This document shows positions 8,876 to 17,895 of a stretch of DNA of 64,000 bases, one piece after another. Location: contig JBKPNZ010000024.1 in the NCBI GenBank assembly GCA_046732895.1, positions 2,943-66,942 on the forward strand, in the 5' to 3' direction. Both the position numbers and the translations under genes were made by a program. How positions within the stretch are numbered: the first letter of the stretch is position 1; every line of letters begins with the position of its first letter. The notes beneath the pieces were generated by a model. That model saw only the letters and a list, made by a program, of their open reading frames with translations, was not told the origin of the DNA and did no database searches. This DNA is from Actinomycetota bacterium. GTDB lineage: Bacteria; Actinomycetota; Thermoleophilia; Solirubrobacterales; 70-9.

Positions 8876-8946
8876 CGGCCGCCACACCGCCGGGCTCAAG
8901 GAACAGCCGCGGGGAGCCGATTCAAGGGGAGAGTCAGAAGCGGATC

Positions 8947-10041
8947 ATGCAATTCCTTTCCAACTCAAAGACGAACACAATCGTGGGCCTCGACATCGAG
9001 GCCGGCAGCATTGCCGCCACCGAGGTCAGCCTGAACGGTGCCGCACGAGTGACCGGCTTTGGGGTTGCGCCACTTGGGCCGGGGATCTGCCGGGATGGTG
9101 AGATCACGGCTCCTGAAGAGCTGGGTGATGCGCTCAAGGAACTCTTCGCACAGCACAAGCTTTCGCGGTCAGTCCGGGTGGGCGTGGCAAACCAGCGCGT
9201 CGCGGTGCGCTCGCTTCGCCTCCCGCTGATCGATAACGAGGACGAGCTCGAGACCGCGATCCGCTTTCAAGCGCAGGATCACATTCCGATGCCGCTCGAG
9301 CAGGCCGTGCTCGACTGGCAGCTCGTGGACCGAGTTCGCGACGCGGAGGGCGGGGGAGGTCATGTGGACGTGGTCGTCGTCGCCGGGCGCCGCGACATGC
9401 TCACAGGCGTCATGGGCGGGATTCGGGCGGCCGGCTTGCGGCCAGTTGGAATTGACCTGTCGGCCTTCGGAATGCTCCGCGCCTTGGCCGACAGCCCGCA
9501 GGGTGCCGCATATCCCGACATCGCCGGAAACCCGGCCGCGGCGGTCGCTCAGGCCACGCTCTTCTGCAACATCGGCGATGTCATCAACCTTGCTGTGGCG
9601 CGCGGTTCGACCTGCCTGTTCACTCGGATCGCCTCGTTCGGGATCGAGGGGATGGCCCAGCGGCTTGCCGAGACGAAGCAGCTCAAGCTCGAGCATGCAC
9701 GCCAATGGCTTCTTCACGTTGGCCTCGACGTCGATCCGCAGACTGTCGAAGGCGATCCGGAGATGGTCGCGGCGACCCGCGAGGTGCTGGCCGAGGGTGC
9801 GTCCAGGGTCGCTGACGAGCTTCGGCTGTCGCTCGAGTTCTACGGCGCGCAGGAGGGAGCCGTCCCGATCGAAGAGGTCGTCGCTGCCGGCACAGGAGCC
9901 ACCATCCCCGGTCTCGTCGAGACGCTTCAAAGCAAGCTCGGGTTGCCCTTCCGCGTCGGCCGACCCGTGTCGCTTGGGCATTTGGACGAGCAGACCGCCG
10001 CCCGCCTCACCCTGTCATACGGTCTGGCGCTCGAGGAGTAG
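8947..10041 (+). CDS. pilM: Type IV pilus assembly protein PilM (actin-like ATPase fold)
   Basis: The in-frame ATG at 8947 (MQFLSNSKTNTIVGLDIEAGSIAATEV...) gives 364 aa typical of PilM. The upstream part of ORF 8278..10041 lies inside pilD in another frame. Confidence 0.88.
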   Translation: MQFLSNSKTNTIVGLDIEAGSIAATEVSLNGAARVTGFGVAPLGPGICRDGEITAPEELGDALKELFAQHKLSRSVRVGVANQRVAVRSLRLPLIDNEDELETAIRFQAQDHIPMPLEQAVLDWQLVDRVRDAEGGGGHVDVVVVAGRRDMLTGVMGGIRAAGLRPVGIDLSAFGMLRALADSPQGAAYPDIAGNPAAAVAQATLFCNIGDVINLAVARGSTCLFTRIASFGIEGMAQRLAETKQLKLEHARQWLLHVGLDVDPQTVEGDPEMVAATREVLAEGASRVADELRLSLEFYGAQEGAVPIEEVVAAGTGATIPGLVETLQSKLGLPFRVGRPVSLGHLDEQTAARLTLSYGLALEE

Positions 10042-10044
10042 GCG

Positions 10045-10887
10045 ATGCGCGCGGTCAACCTGATCCCTCCTGACCAGCAACAGGGCGCACGGACACCCCT
10101 GCGCACAGGTGGCGCTGCATACATTGTCGTCGCGGCGCTCGCGGTCATGCTCGCCGCCACCGCCGCAATCGTCCTCACCAGCAACCAGGTCGCCGATCGG
10201 AAGTCCGAAAAGGCGACCCTCGAGGCCGAGGAGCAACAGGCCCAGGACCGAGCGAGCCAGTTGGCTCCATATGCGCAGTTCGCCGATCTCTCGGCGGCGC
10301 GGTGGCAGACCGTGGCGAGCCTTGCGCAGAGCCGGTTCAACTGGCAGCGTGTGCTTCACGAGCTCGCGCTCGTGTTGCCGGATGATGTCTGGCTCGTCGA
10401 CGTGACGGGCACGGTGTCTCCGGGCGTGACGGTGGACGGCGCCGCCGATGTCTCGGGTCGCGACGATGTGGCTGGGCCGGCGCTCGCGATGGTCGGCTGC
10501 GGCGCCAGCCAGGACGCGGTTGCACGCTTCGCCGCCGACCTTAAGGACATCGACGGGGTCACCCGCGTCGGCGTGGAGGAATCGAAGCTCCCTGACGCCG
10601 ATTCAGCCACAGGATCATCGGCCACCTCCTCGGACACGACCAACTGCCAGACGCGCGATTTCATCGCCCAGTTCAAGATCCTCGCGGCCTTCGATGCCGT
10701 CCCGACTCCGGCATCTGCCGCTCCTGACTCTTCGACATCGGCAACCGGCGCGTCCTCGTCCTCGACGGGCAGCGACGGCGGCGTCGCGGGCGCCCGGGGA
10801 CAAGAGCAGGCCGCGCGCGACTCCGCAGCTCAGCAGACCGACAAGGCGCGCGACGCCGTCGGCTACATCTCGGAAGGCAACGGATGA
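10045..10887 (+). CDS. pilN: Type IV pilus assembly protein PilN
   Basis: 280 aa. N-terminal VNLIPPD motif, a single TM (AAYIVVAALAVMLAATAAIVL), a coiled coil, and a Ser/Thr/Ala-rich tail. Starts 4 nt after the pilM stop. Confidence 0.75.
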   Translation: MRAVNLIPPDQQQGARTPLRTGGAAYIVVAALAVMLAATAAIVLTSNQVADRKSEKATLEAEEQQAQDRASQLAPYAQFADLSAARWQTVASLAQSRFNWQRVLHELALVLPDDVWLVDVTGTVSPGVTVDGAADVSGRDDVAGPALAMVGCGASQDAVARFAADLKDIDGVTRVGVEESKLPDADSATGSSATSSDTTNCQTRDFIAQFKILAAFDAVPTPASAAPDSSTSATGASSSSTGSDGGVAGARGQEQAARDSAAQQTDKARDAVGYISEGNG

Positions 10888-11807
10888 AGTCCTCGGATCG
10901 GGCCATTCTCCTGGGCCTCGCGATCGTCGGTGCGCTCGCCGCGTTCTGGTTCCTGGCGCTCGCGCCGAAGCGTGAGGAAAGCGCAAAGCTCGGCGACCAG
11001 ATCACCGAGCTACGCGGTTCGGTGGATGCGGCGAACCAAGCGGCGGCTGCCGCCGAGCAGGCTCGCAGGGACTTCGACGCCAATTACCGTCACCTCGTCG
11101 TCCTTGGCAAGGCGGTCCCGAGCGACTCCGACACGCCGAGCCTGATGACCCAGATTCAGCGACTGTCGGTTCGCTCGAAGGTCGACTTCCGAAGCATCGT
11201 TCTGGGCGACGCGTCGGGCGTTGTTCCGGCAGCGCCGGCGCCAACCACGAGCTCGACCGATAGCACGTCGACGGACTCGACGTCGACGACAGCCACCGAT
11301 TCGACATCGACCGACTCGACGTCGACCGACTCGACGTCGACCGACTCGACGTCCACGGATTCGACATCGACCGACTCGACCGCGTCTACCACGACGGCGG
11401 GCGCGCCCCCGACGGAGGCCGGCGCCGCGACCCTTCCGATCGGGGCCACGGTCGGCCCTGCCGGACTTCCGGTCATGCCATATAACCTCGACTTCACGGG
11501 CGGGTTCTTCCAGGTCGCCGACTTCTTCGGCCGCGTCGACGGCATGGTCCATTCAAAGGGCAAGGCTCTCGGGGTGGGGGGTCGGCTGCTGACGATCGAC
11601 GGCTTCAACCTGGCCGCGGATGAGAACAAGGGCTTTCCGCTCTTGACGGCGTCCGTCTCAGCCACGTCCTATGTCACGCCGGCCACCGAGGGCATCCTGG
11701 CTGGAGCGGATTCGGCCGGGCCCGGCTCCACCACGACGTCCGCCACGCCCACGACGCCTACGGACTCCACGTCCACGAGCGTCCCGAGCGCCACGGCGAC
11801 ACCATGA
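10884..11807 (+). CDS. pilO: PilO-like pilus assembly protein with (DSTST)n linker
   Basis: 307 aa. N-terminal TM (AILLGLAIVGALAAFWFLAL), a coiled coil and a C-terminal globular part. ATGA start/stop overlap with pilN. Position and topology fit PilO. Confidence 0.65.
   Translation: MKSSDRAILLGLAIVGALAAFWFLALAPKREESAKLGDQITELRGSVDAANQAAAAAEQARRDFDANYRHLVVLGKAVPSDSDTPSLMTQIQRLSVRSKVDFRSIVLGDASGVVPAAPAPTTSSTDSTSTDSTSTTATDSTSTDSTSTDSTSTDSTSTDSTSTDSTASTTTAGAPPTEAGAATLPIGATVGPAGLPVMPYNLDFTGGFFQVADFFGRVDGMVHSKGKALGVGGRLLTIDGFNLAADENKGFPLLTASVSATSYVTPATEGILAGADSAGPGSTTTSATPTTPTDSTSTSVPSATATP
11254..11383 (+). repeat. In-frame tandem 15-bp repeats (GACTCGACGTCGACC-like) encoding (DSTST)n
   Basis: Protein segment STDSTSTDSTSTTATDSTSTDSTSTDSTSTDSTSTDSTSTDST. 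Two perfect adjacent 15-mers at 11313-11342 are flanked by degenerate copies. Confidence 0.85.
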
Positions 11808-12685
11808 GCAAACCCAAGCCTCCCCAGTTCCTCTCCGATCTCTACGCCGATCTGCGCGATCGCCACCTGCTGCTGCCCGCCCTTGTCCTCCTCGTCGCGG
11901 TGGTCGTCGTCCCGGTCGCGCTCTCCCAGCCGGCCGAGACGACGACGCCTCCGGCTCCGGCGGGCGGGGATGAGTCGTCGGCAATCGTTCCCGCCGTTCT
12001 CGCCGACCAGCCCGCGGGTGTTCGTGCCTACGCGAAGCGGCTCGCCGACCGAAAGAGCACGAATCCCTTCAAGCAGCACTTCACGTCCGTGCCGAAGGGC
12101 GATCAACTCCAGGGCGCGTCCGTGCCGAAGGGCGATCAACTCCAGGGTGCCTCAGCCGTCGGGACGCCCGCGGCTTCGGATACGAGCGGTGCAGCGACCG
12201 GAACGGTTGCCACGAGTGAGCCAACTTCCACCACGTCGCAACCCTCGACCCGCGCCCCGGTCGATCAGCCCAGCACTACCCCAGGCGGGCACCGTGACGG
12301 GCGACACCATGTCGAGACCCACCTCTTCGTCCACCGCGTCGACGTGGCGTTCGGCACCGGAGGTGACATGAAGCGGTTCAACGGAGTGAAGATCCTCACC
12401 GGCCTCCCGTCCGGTGAGCCGATCGTGACATTCCTCGGCACCAATGACCAGGGCAAGAAGGCGCTCTTCGCGGTCTCGCCGGACGTCGACTCGGTCGATA
12501 CCGAGGGACGGTGTACACCCAGTCCGACGACTTGCACTTATCTCGTCATGGCGGCGGGTGAGACTACGAAGCTTCATTACGTCCCCGACGACACGACGTA
12601 TCGCCTGCGCCTGTTGCACGTTCGCACGGTGGAGCTCAACGGCCATCATCACGACTTCCAGCTGAAGCAGCAGGAGACCGGCTGA
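11804..12685 (+). CDS. Membrane-anchored pilus-cluster protein of unknown family (fourth gene after pilMNO)
   Basis: 293 aa. ATGA overlap with the pilO stop. Short cytoplasmic N-terminus, a TM (LLLPALVLLVAVVVVPVAL), a Pro/Thr-rich linker, a KSTNPFKQ segment, and a beta-rich C-domain. Confidence 0.6.
   Translation: MSKPKPPQFLSDLYADLRDRHLLLPALVLLVAVVVVPVALSQPAETTTPPAPAGGDESSAIVPAVLADQPAGVRAYAKRLADRKSTNPFKQHFTSVPKGDQLQGASVPKGDQLQGASAVGTPAASDTSGAATGTVATSEPTSTTSQPSTRAPVDQPSTTPGGHRDGRHHVETHLFVHRVDVAFGTGGDMKRFNGVKILTGLPSGEPIVTFLGTNDQGKKALFAVSPDVDSVDTEGRCTPSPTTCTYLVMAAGETTKLHYVPDDTTYRLRLLHVRTVELNGHHHDFQLKQQETG
12086..12151 (+). repeat. Near-perfect 33-bp in-frame tandem duplication (SVPKGDQLQGA x2)
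   Basis: TCCGTGCCGAAGGGCGATCAACTCCAGGGCGCG is followed directly by TCCGTGCCGAAGGGCGATCAACTCCAGGGTGCC. Confidence 0.9.
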
Positions 12686-12772
12686 AGCCAACGCGCTTGA
12701 GCGCGAGCCGGGCGTTGCGTTCATAGTCCGCAGCAGGCGCATCGGCAGAGGCGCCCTTTAGCCTAGGCACGC

Positions 12773-13936
12773 ATGGAGCTTCGCTTCACCACCGCGGGCG
12801 AATCGCACGGCCCTGGGCTCGTTGCGATCGTCGAAGGCCTGCCTGCAGGCCTCGAACTGGACCGCGCGCGCCTGGATCGCGAGATGGCACGGCGGCAGCT
12901 CGGACACGGCCGAGGCGGTCGCATGAAGATCGAATCGGACTCGGTCGAGATCCGCTCGGGAGTGCGCCATGGGCACACGCTGGGCAGCCCGGTCGCGGTG
13001 CTCGTCGCCAACCGCGACTACGCGAATTGGGAAGAGAGGATGAACCCATGGCCGGTGGACGCCGAGCTCGAGGAGGTCCACACACCTCGTCCCGGACACG
13101 CCGATCTCGCCGGACTTCTCAAGTACGGCCACCACGACGTCCGCAACGTGCTCGAGCGCGCGAGCGCGCGGGAGACCGCGGCCCGGGTGGCTGCGGGCGC
13201 GCTCGCCAAGGAGTTCCTGCGGGCGCTCGGCGTTGGCATCCACAGCCACGTGATCCGGCTCGGGTCCGTCGCCGCTCCCGAGCCCGGCGTGCTGACGCCC
13301 GAGGATTTCGACGACGTCGACGCCTCGCCTGTGCGCTGCCTCGACGCCGCCGCGAGCGACGAGATGGTCGCCGAGATCGACCGCCTGCGAAAGCAGAACG
13401 AAAGCCTCGGCGGGATCTTCGAGGTGCGCGCGTTCGGCCTGATCCCCGGGCTGGGAGCCCACGTCTCCTGGGAGGAGCGCCTCGATTCGCGCCTGGCGCA
13501 GGCGGTCGTCTCGATTCAGGCCGTCAAGGGCGTCTCGGTCGGAGAGGCATGGGAGGTCGCCGCCCTGCCCGGCTCTGAGTCACACGATGAGATCTTCTGG
13601 TCGGACGAGCTCGGTTGGCATCGCCAGACCAACCGCGCCGGCGGGGTCGAGGGCGGCATGTCCAACGGCGAGCCGCTCGTCGTGCGCGGGGCGCTGAAGC
13701 CGATCTCCACCCTCACTAAGCCACTGCGCAGCGTCGACACCGAGACCAAGGAGCCGACTCAGGCCCTGCGCGAGCGCACGGACTCGACGGTCGTTCCGGC
13801 CGCCGGCGTCGTCGGCGAGGCGATGGTCGCGCTGGTCCTCGCCCGCTGCTATCGCGAGAAGCTGGGCGGCGATCACATCGACGACGTCCTCGGTGCGCTC
13901 GCCGCCTACCGGGAGCGCATCGGGTGGCGGCGTTAG
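12773..13936 (+). CDS. aroC: Chorismate synthase
   Basis: 387 aa. The N-terminus MELRFTTAGESHGPGLVAIVEGLPAG and overall sequence are typical of AroC. It is followed by aroK/aroB/aroQ. Confidence 0.93.
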   Translation: MELRFTTAGESHGPGLVAIVEGLPAGLELDRARLDREMARRQLGHGRGGRMKIESDSVEIRSGVRHGHTLGSPVAVLVANRDYANWEERMNPWPVDAELEEVHTPRPGHADLAGLLKYGHHDVRNVLERASARETAARVAAGALAKEFLRALGVGIHSHVIRLGSVAAPEPGVLTPEDFDDVDASPVRCLDAAASDEMVAEIDRLRKQNESLGGIFEVRAFGLIPGLGAHVSWEERLDSRLAQAVVSIQAVKGVSVGEAWEVAALPGSESHDEIFWSDELGWHRQTNRAGGVEGGMSNGEPLVVRGALKPISTLTKPLRSVDTETKEPTQALRERTDSTVVPAAGVVGEAMVALVLARCYREKLGGDHIDDVLGALAAYRERIGWRR

Positions 13937-15465
13937 CTGCGGACACCGGCGCGCTCGTCTTCATCGGATTCATGGGGGCGGGCAAGAGCTCGGCGGCGCG
14001 CATCGCCGGCGAGTCGGGCCTTGAGGCGGTCGACACGGATCTGCTCCTGGCCGACGAGCTCGGCATGCCGATTCCTGAGTTCTTCGCCCGCGAGGGCGAG
14101 GAGGAATTCCGCCGGCGCGAGGACGAGATCACGGTCGCAGCGCTCGAGCGGGGCGATCGCGCGATCGCCCTCGGCGGTGGCGCCGTGCTCTCCGAACGGG
14201 TGAGGGCCGCGCTCGGCCGTCACCTGGTGGTCTGGCTCGACATCTCCGCCGCCGATGCCTGGGATCGGGTAGGGGGCTCCGAGAAACGCCCGCTCGCCGC
14301 GGACCGCGACGAGTTCGAGCGCCTGTACGCGGAGCGCCGCCCGCTCTACTCCGAGCTCGCCGACGCCGTCGTGGTCTCGCCCAGTCGGGAGGTGCTGGCG
14401 CGGGCCATGCCCGCGCTGGTCGCAGCGCGCGAGGTTCGCGTTGCGCGACTTCTGTGGGCGGCGAGCGCCTCGGGCGACTACCCGGTGTGGGTGGGGCCCG
14501 GGATTCTCGGCGAGGCGCCCTGGCCGGTATCCGGCCGGCGCTTCTGCGTCACCGACACCACGGTCGCCCGCCTTCACCGTGACCGAGTGGCTCCGGTCGA
14601 GCACGTGATCGAGCTCGAGCCGGGCGAGAAGGCGAAGACGATGGCCGAGGCCGAGCGCGTCCTGCGCGCGCTCGCCGAAGCGGGCATGACGCGTTCGGAC
14701 CACCTCGTGGCGCTCGGGGGCGGCGTTGTGGGCGATCTGACCGGCTTCTGCGCCGCCACCTATCAACGGGGTGTCCCAGTGGTGCAGGTACCGACCACGC
14801 TCCTGGCGCAGGTGGATTCCGCCTACGGCGGCAAGACCGGGGTGGACCTGCCCGAGGCGAAGAACTACGTCGGCGCCTACCACCTGCCGGCAGGGGTTCT
14901 CGCGGACACCGCGATGCTCGCAACCCTGCCCGCGGAAGAGATGGCCGCCGGTTACGTCGAGGTGCTGAAGACCGGCCTCCTTGCAGGGGGCTCGGCTTGG
15001 GAGAGGGTTCAGGGACTCGGGCGCCTCGATGCGGGGCGTCTGGCCGGTGTCGTCTTCGACTGCGCGCTGACGAAGTCAGAGGTCGTCGCCGCGGACGAGC
15101 GCGACGCCGGCCGCCGCCAGATCCTCAACCTGGGTCACACGGTGGGCCACGCGATCGAGGCCGCCACCTCGTACCGGCGCTACCGTCACGGCGAGGCCGT
15201 CGGCCTCGGCCTCCTGGCGGCGCTCCGCCTCTCCGGAGCCGACGATCTGCGCGGCACGGTGCGCGACCTGCTCGCCCAGCGGGCCCTGCCGGTTCGCCTC
15301 GACCAGGAGGTCGGCATCGACTCGGTGCTCGAATCCGTCGAGCGCGACAAGAAGCGGACCTCGGAGGGCGTGGAGTTCGTCCTGCTCGCGCGTCCCGGAG
15401 AGCCCCTCACGGGCCAGCGCGTGGATCCGGGTAGCCTCCGGGCGGCGGTGGAGGAGCTGCAATGA
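13924..15465 (+). CDS. aroKB: Bifunctional shikimate kinase / 3-dehydroquinate synthase (fused AroK-AroB)
   Basis: Single 513-aa ORF with a GTG start overlapping the aroC end. Residues ~1-170 carry Walker A GFMGAGKSS and DTD (AroK). Residues ~175-513 carry GGGVVGDLTGFCAATYQRGVPVVQVPTTLLAQVDSAYGGKTGV and LGHTVGHAIE (AroB). Confidence 0.88.
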   Translation: MAALAADTGALVFIGFMGAGKSSAARIAGESGLEAVDTDLLLADELGMPIPEFFAREGEEEFRRREDEITVAALERGDRAIALGGGAVLSERVRAALGRHLVVWLDISAADAWDRVGGSEKRPLAADRDEFERLYAERRPLYSELADAVVVSPSREVLARAMPALVAAREVRVARLLWAASASGDYPVWVGPGILGEAPWPVSGRRFCVTDTTVARLHRDRVAPVEHVIELEPGEKAKTMAEAERVLRALAEAGMTRSDHLVALGGGVVGDLTGFCAATYQRGVPVVQVPTTLLAQVDSAYGGKTGVDLPEAKNYVGAYHLPAGVLADTAMLATLPAEEMAAGYVEVLKTGLLAGGSAWERVQGLGRLDAGRLAGVVFDCALTKSEVVAADERDAGRRQILNLGHTVGHAIEAATSYRRYRHGEAVGLGLLAALRLSGADDLRGTVRDLLAQRALPVRLDQEVGIDSVLESVERDKKRTSEGVEFVLLARPGEPLTGQRVDPGSLRAAVEELQ

Positions 15466-15481
15466 GGCGATCGGGCGCGCG

Positions 15482-15922
15482 ATGAAGAACCGGGTCGAGG
15501 TCATGCACGGGGTCAACCTCGACATGCTCGGCCGCCGGCCCAGCGAGCACTACGGCACGTTCACGATGGCCGAGCTGGAGATGCGGGTCAAGCGCTTTGC
15601 ACACGAGCGCGGGCTCGAGGCCGCCTTCTTCCACACGAACCACGAGGGCGAGTTCGTTGAGCATCTTCACCGCCTGCCCGAGCTCGCCGACGGCGCGGTG
15701 CTGAATCCCGGCTCGTGGACCCACTACAGCTATGCCATTCGCGACGCGCTCGAACTGACGAGCCTGCCGGCGGTCGAGGTCCACATCTCCGACGTCGACT
15801 CCCGGGAGGAGTGGCGCCGGCACTCGGTGTTCGAAGGCCTCGTCGTGGGTAGGGTCGCGGGGAAGGGAATCGATGGCTATCGCGAGGCGCTTGACCTCCT
15901 GAAGACGGAGTTGGAGAAATGA
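15482..15922 (+). CDS. aroQ: 3-dehydroquinate dehydratase, type II
   Basis: 146 aa with the motifs VMHGVNLDMLGRR, HTNHEGE and NPGSWTHYS. Confidence 0.92.
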   Translation: MKNRVEVMHGVNLDMLGRRPSEHYGTFTMAELEMRVKRFAHERGLEAAFFHTNHEGEFVEHLHRLPELADGAVLNPGSWTHYSYAIRDALELTSLPAVEVHISDVDSREEWRRHSVFEGLVVGRVAGKGIDGYREALDLLKTELEK

Positions 15923-17043
15923 GCACGACCACGATCACGACCACCGCCACCTCACACGTCGAGCGCCTTCGCGAGGCGGTAGCGACCGAGGGACTCGACC
16001 AGATTCTCGTCGGCGATCTCGTCACCCCCAGCGAGACGACCCGCGAGGCGAACGCCGACCTCTTCTGGCTCTGTGGCTTCAGCGGGACCAGCGGCCTGGC
16101 GATCCTGGGGGCCGATGATGCCCTCTTCCTCACCGACTTCCGCTACGTCGAGCGGGCCGAACGCGAGGTCACCGGTGGGCTCGAGCGGCGGCAGGTCGAG
16201 CGCGGCCTGCTGCAGGAGGCGGCGAAGCTCCTGCACGGACGGGTCGGCTATGACGACGCCCGCACGAGCGTCCGCATCCTGCACAAGCTCGAGGAGGAAG
16301 TGGGGGCGGGGGTCGAGCTCGTTCCCATCGAGGACTTGATCGCCGGCCTGCGCCGCACCAAGGACGACGAGGAGCTGCGGCGCATCGCGGAGGCGGCGCG
16401 CCTGACGGACGAGGTCTACGCGTGGATCATCGACCGCGGGCTGGTCGGCCGCACCGAGCGCGAGGTGCAGCTCGGGGCCGAGCAGCGCATGCGTGAGCTC
16501 GGGGCCGACGATCCGGCCTTCCCGGCGATCGTGGCCGCTGGGGTGAACGGCGCCCTGCCGCATCACGAATCCTCAGACCACGAGATCGCGACGGGCGAGC
16601 TGGTGATCATCGACATGGGAGCGATCGTCGACGGCTACTGCTCGGACTGCACACGCACGCTCGCCGCGGGGGAGCCCGGTGGCGAGGCGAAGACGATCTA
16701 CGAGCTCGTTCAGGGCGCCCAGGCCGCGGGACTCGACGCCGTCGGGTCGGGCGTCGGCGGTCGCGACGCCGACTCCGCTGCGCGGGAGCCGATCGCCGCC
16801 TCCGGCCATGGCGAGCACTTCGGGCACGGCCTCGGCCACGGGGTGGGGATCGAGATCCACGAGGCGCCGCGGCTCTCGCAGCGCTCAGAGGACACCCTCG
16901 CCGCAGGCGACGTCGTCTCCGTCGAGCCGGGCGTCTACGTCCCGGGGCAGCTGGGCGTGCGGATCGAGGACCTCGTGACCATCACGGACGACGGCGTCCG
17001 CAACCTGAGCTCGGTCTCGAAGGACCTCATCGTCACCGAGTAG
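15919..17043 (+). CDS. pepQ: Xaa-Pro aminopeptidase/dipeptidase (M24B)
   Basis: 374 aa. Metal-ligand motifs DMGAIVDGYCSDCTRT, HGLGHGVGIEIHEAP and EPGVYVPG..GVRIED. Same position as pepQ in the mycobacterial aro-pepQ-efp-nusB block. Confidence 0.88.
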   Translation: MSTTTITTTATSHVERLREAVATEGLDQILVGDLVTPSETTREANADLFWLCGFSGTSGLAILGADDALFLTDFRYVERAEREVTGGLERRQVERGLLQEAAKLLHGRVGYDDARTSVRILHKLEEEVGAGVELVPIEDLIAGLRRTKDDEELRRIAEAARLTDEVYAWIIDRGLVGRTEREVQLGAEQRMRELGADDPAFPAIVAAGVNGALPHHESSDHEIATGELVIIDMGAIVDGYCSDCTRTLAAGEPGGEAKTIYELVQGAQAAGLDAVGSGVGGRDADSAAREPIAASGHGEHFGHGLGHGVGIEIHEAPRLSQRSEDTLAAGDVVSVEPGVYVPGQLGVRIEDLVTITDDGVRNLSSVSKDLIVTE

Positions 17044-17183
17044 GCGAGCGCCCGCGGCGAGGGCGGGGGAGGGGTGAGGTAGTCGAGCGCCCCTGCCCGG
17101 CTTTGGGCGCCCGCGACGCATGCACGGTCCCGCCCTGGGTAGGCGCCGGGGTGATGAGAGAGAGCGGAACGGAAGGAGGACAC

Positions 17184-17768
<585 letters not shown>

Positions 17769-17780
17769 CCCCACGCCTTA

Positions 17781-17804
17781 CACGCCGCCCAGCAGGGCGG
17801 TGTG
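17781..17804 (+). terminator. Hairpin after the DJ-1/PfpI gene
   Basis: CACGCCGCCC-AGCA-GGGCGGTGTG, a 10-bp stem with one G-U pair, 13 nt after the stop codon. Confidence 0.45.
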
Positions 17805-17895
17805 TGGTCTCGCACGAGGGGGCGGGGAGTTTCCCCGCCCCCGTCGCGGGAAGCCGCGACGCACGGGAGAAATGCAATCCGGAAGGAGGGCAAGC

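Noticed and set aside
8278-8946. The long N-terminal extensions offered by the ORF track for pilM (8278..), the large minor pilin (6256..), nusB (21680..), pyrG (43822..), recO (51966..), dnaG (54840..), the Nudix gene (48539..) and others.
   Set aside because: The extensions overlap the preceding, well-supported gene in another frame and translate to Arg/Pro-rich nonsense. Internal starts give canonical N-termini and often ATGA/GTGA coupling or a Shine-Dalgarno.
11254-11383. A regularly spaced short repeat array, considered as CRISPR-like.
   Set aside because: The units are 15 bp and contiguous without spacers. They are in frame inside the PilO-like ORF and encode (DSTST)n. No cas genes are present.
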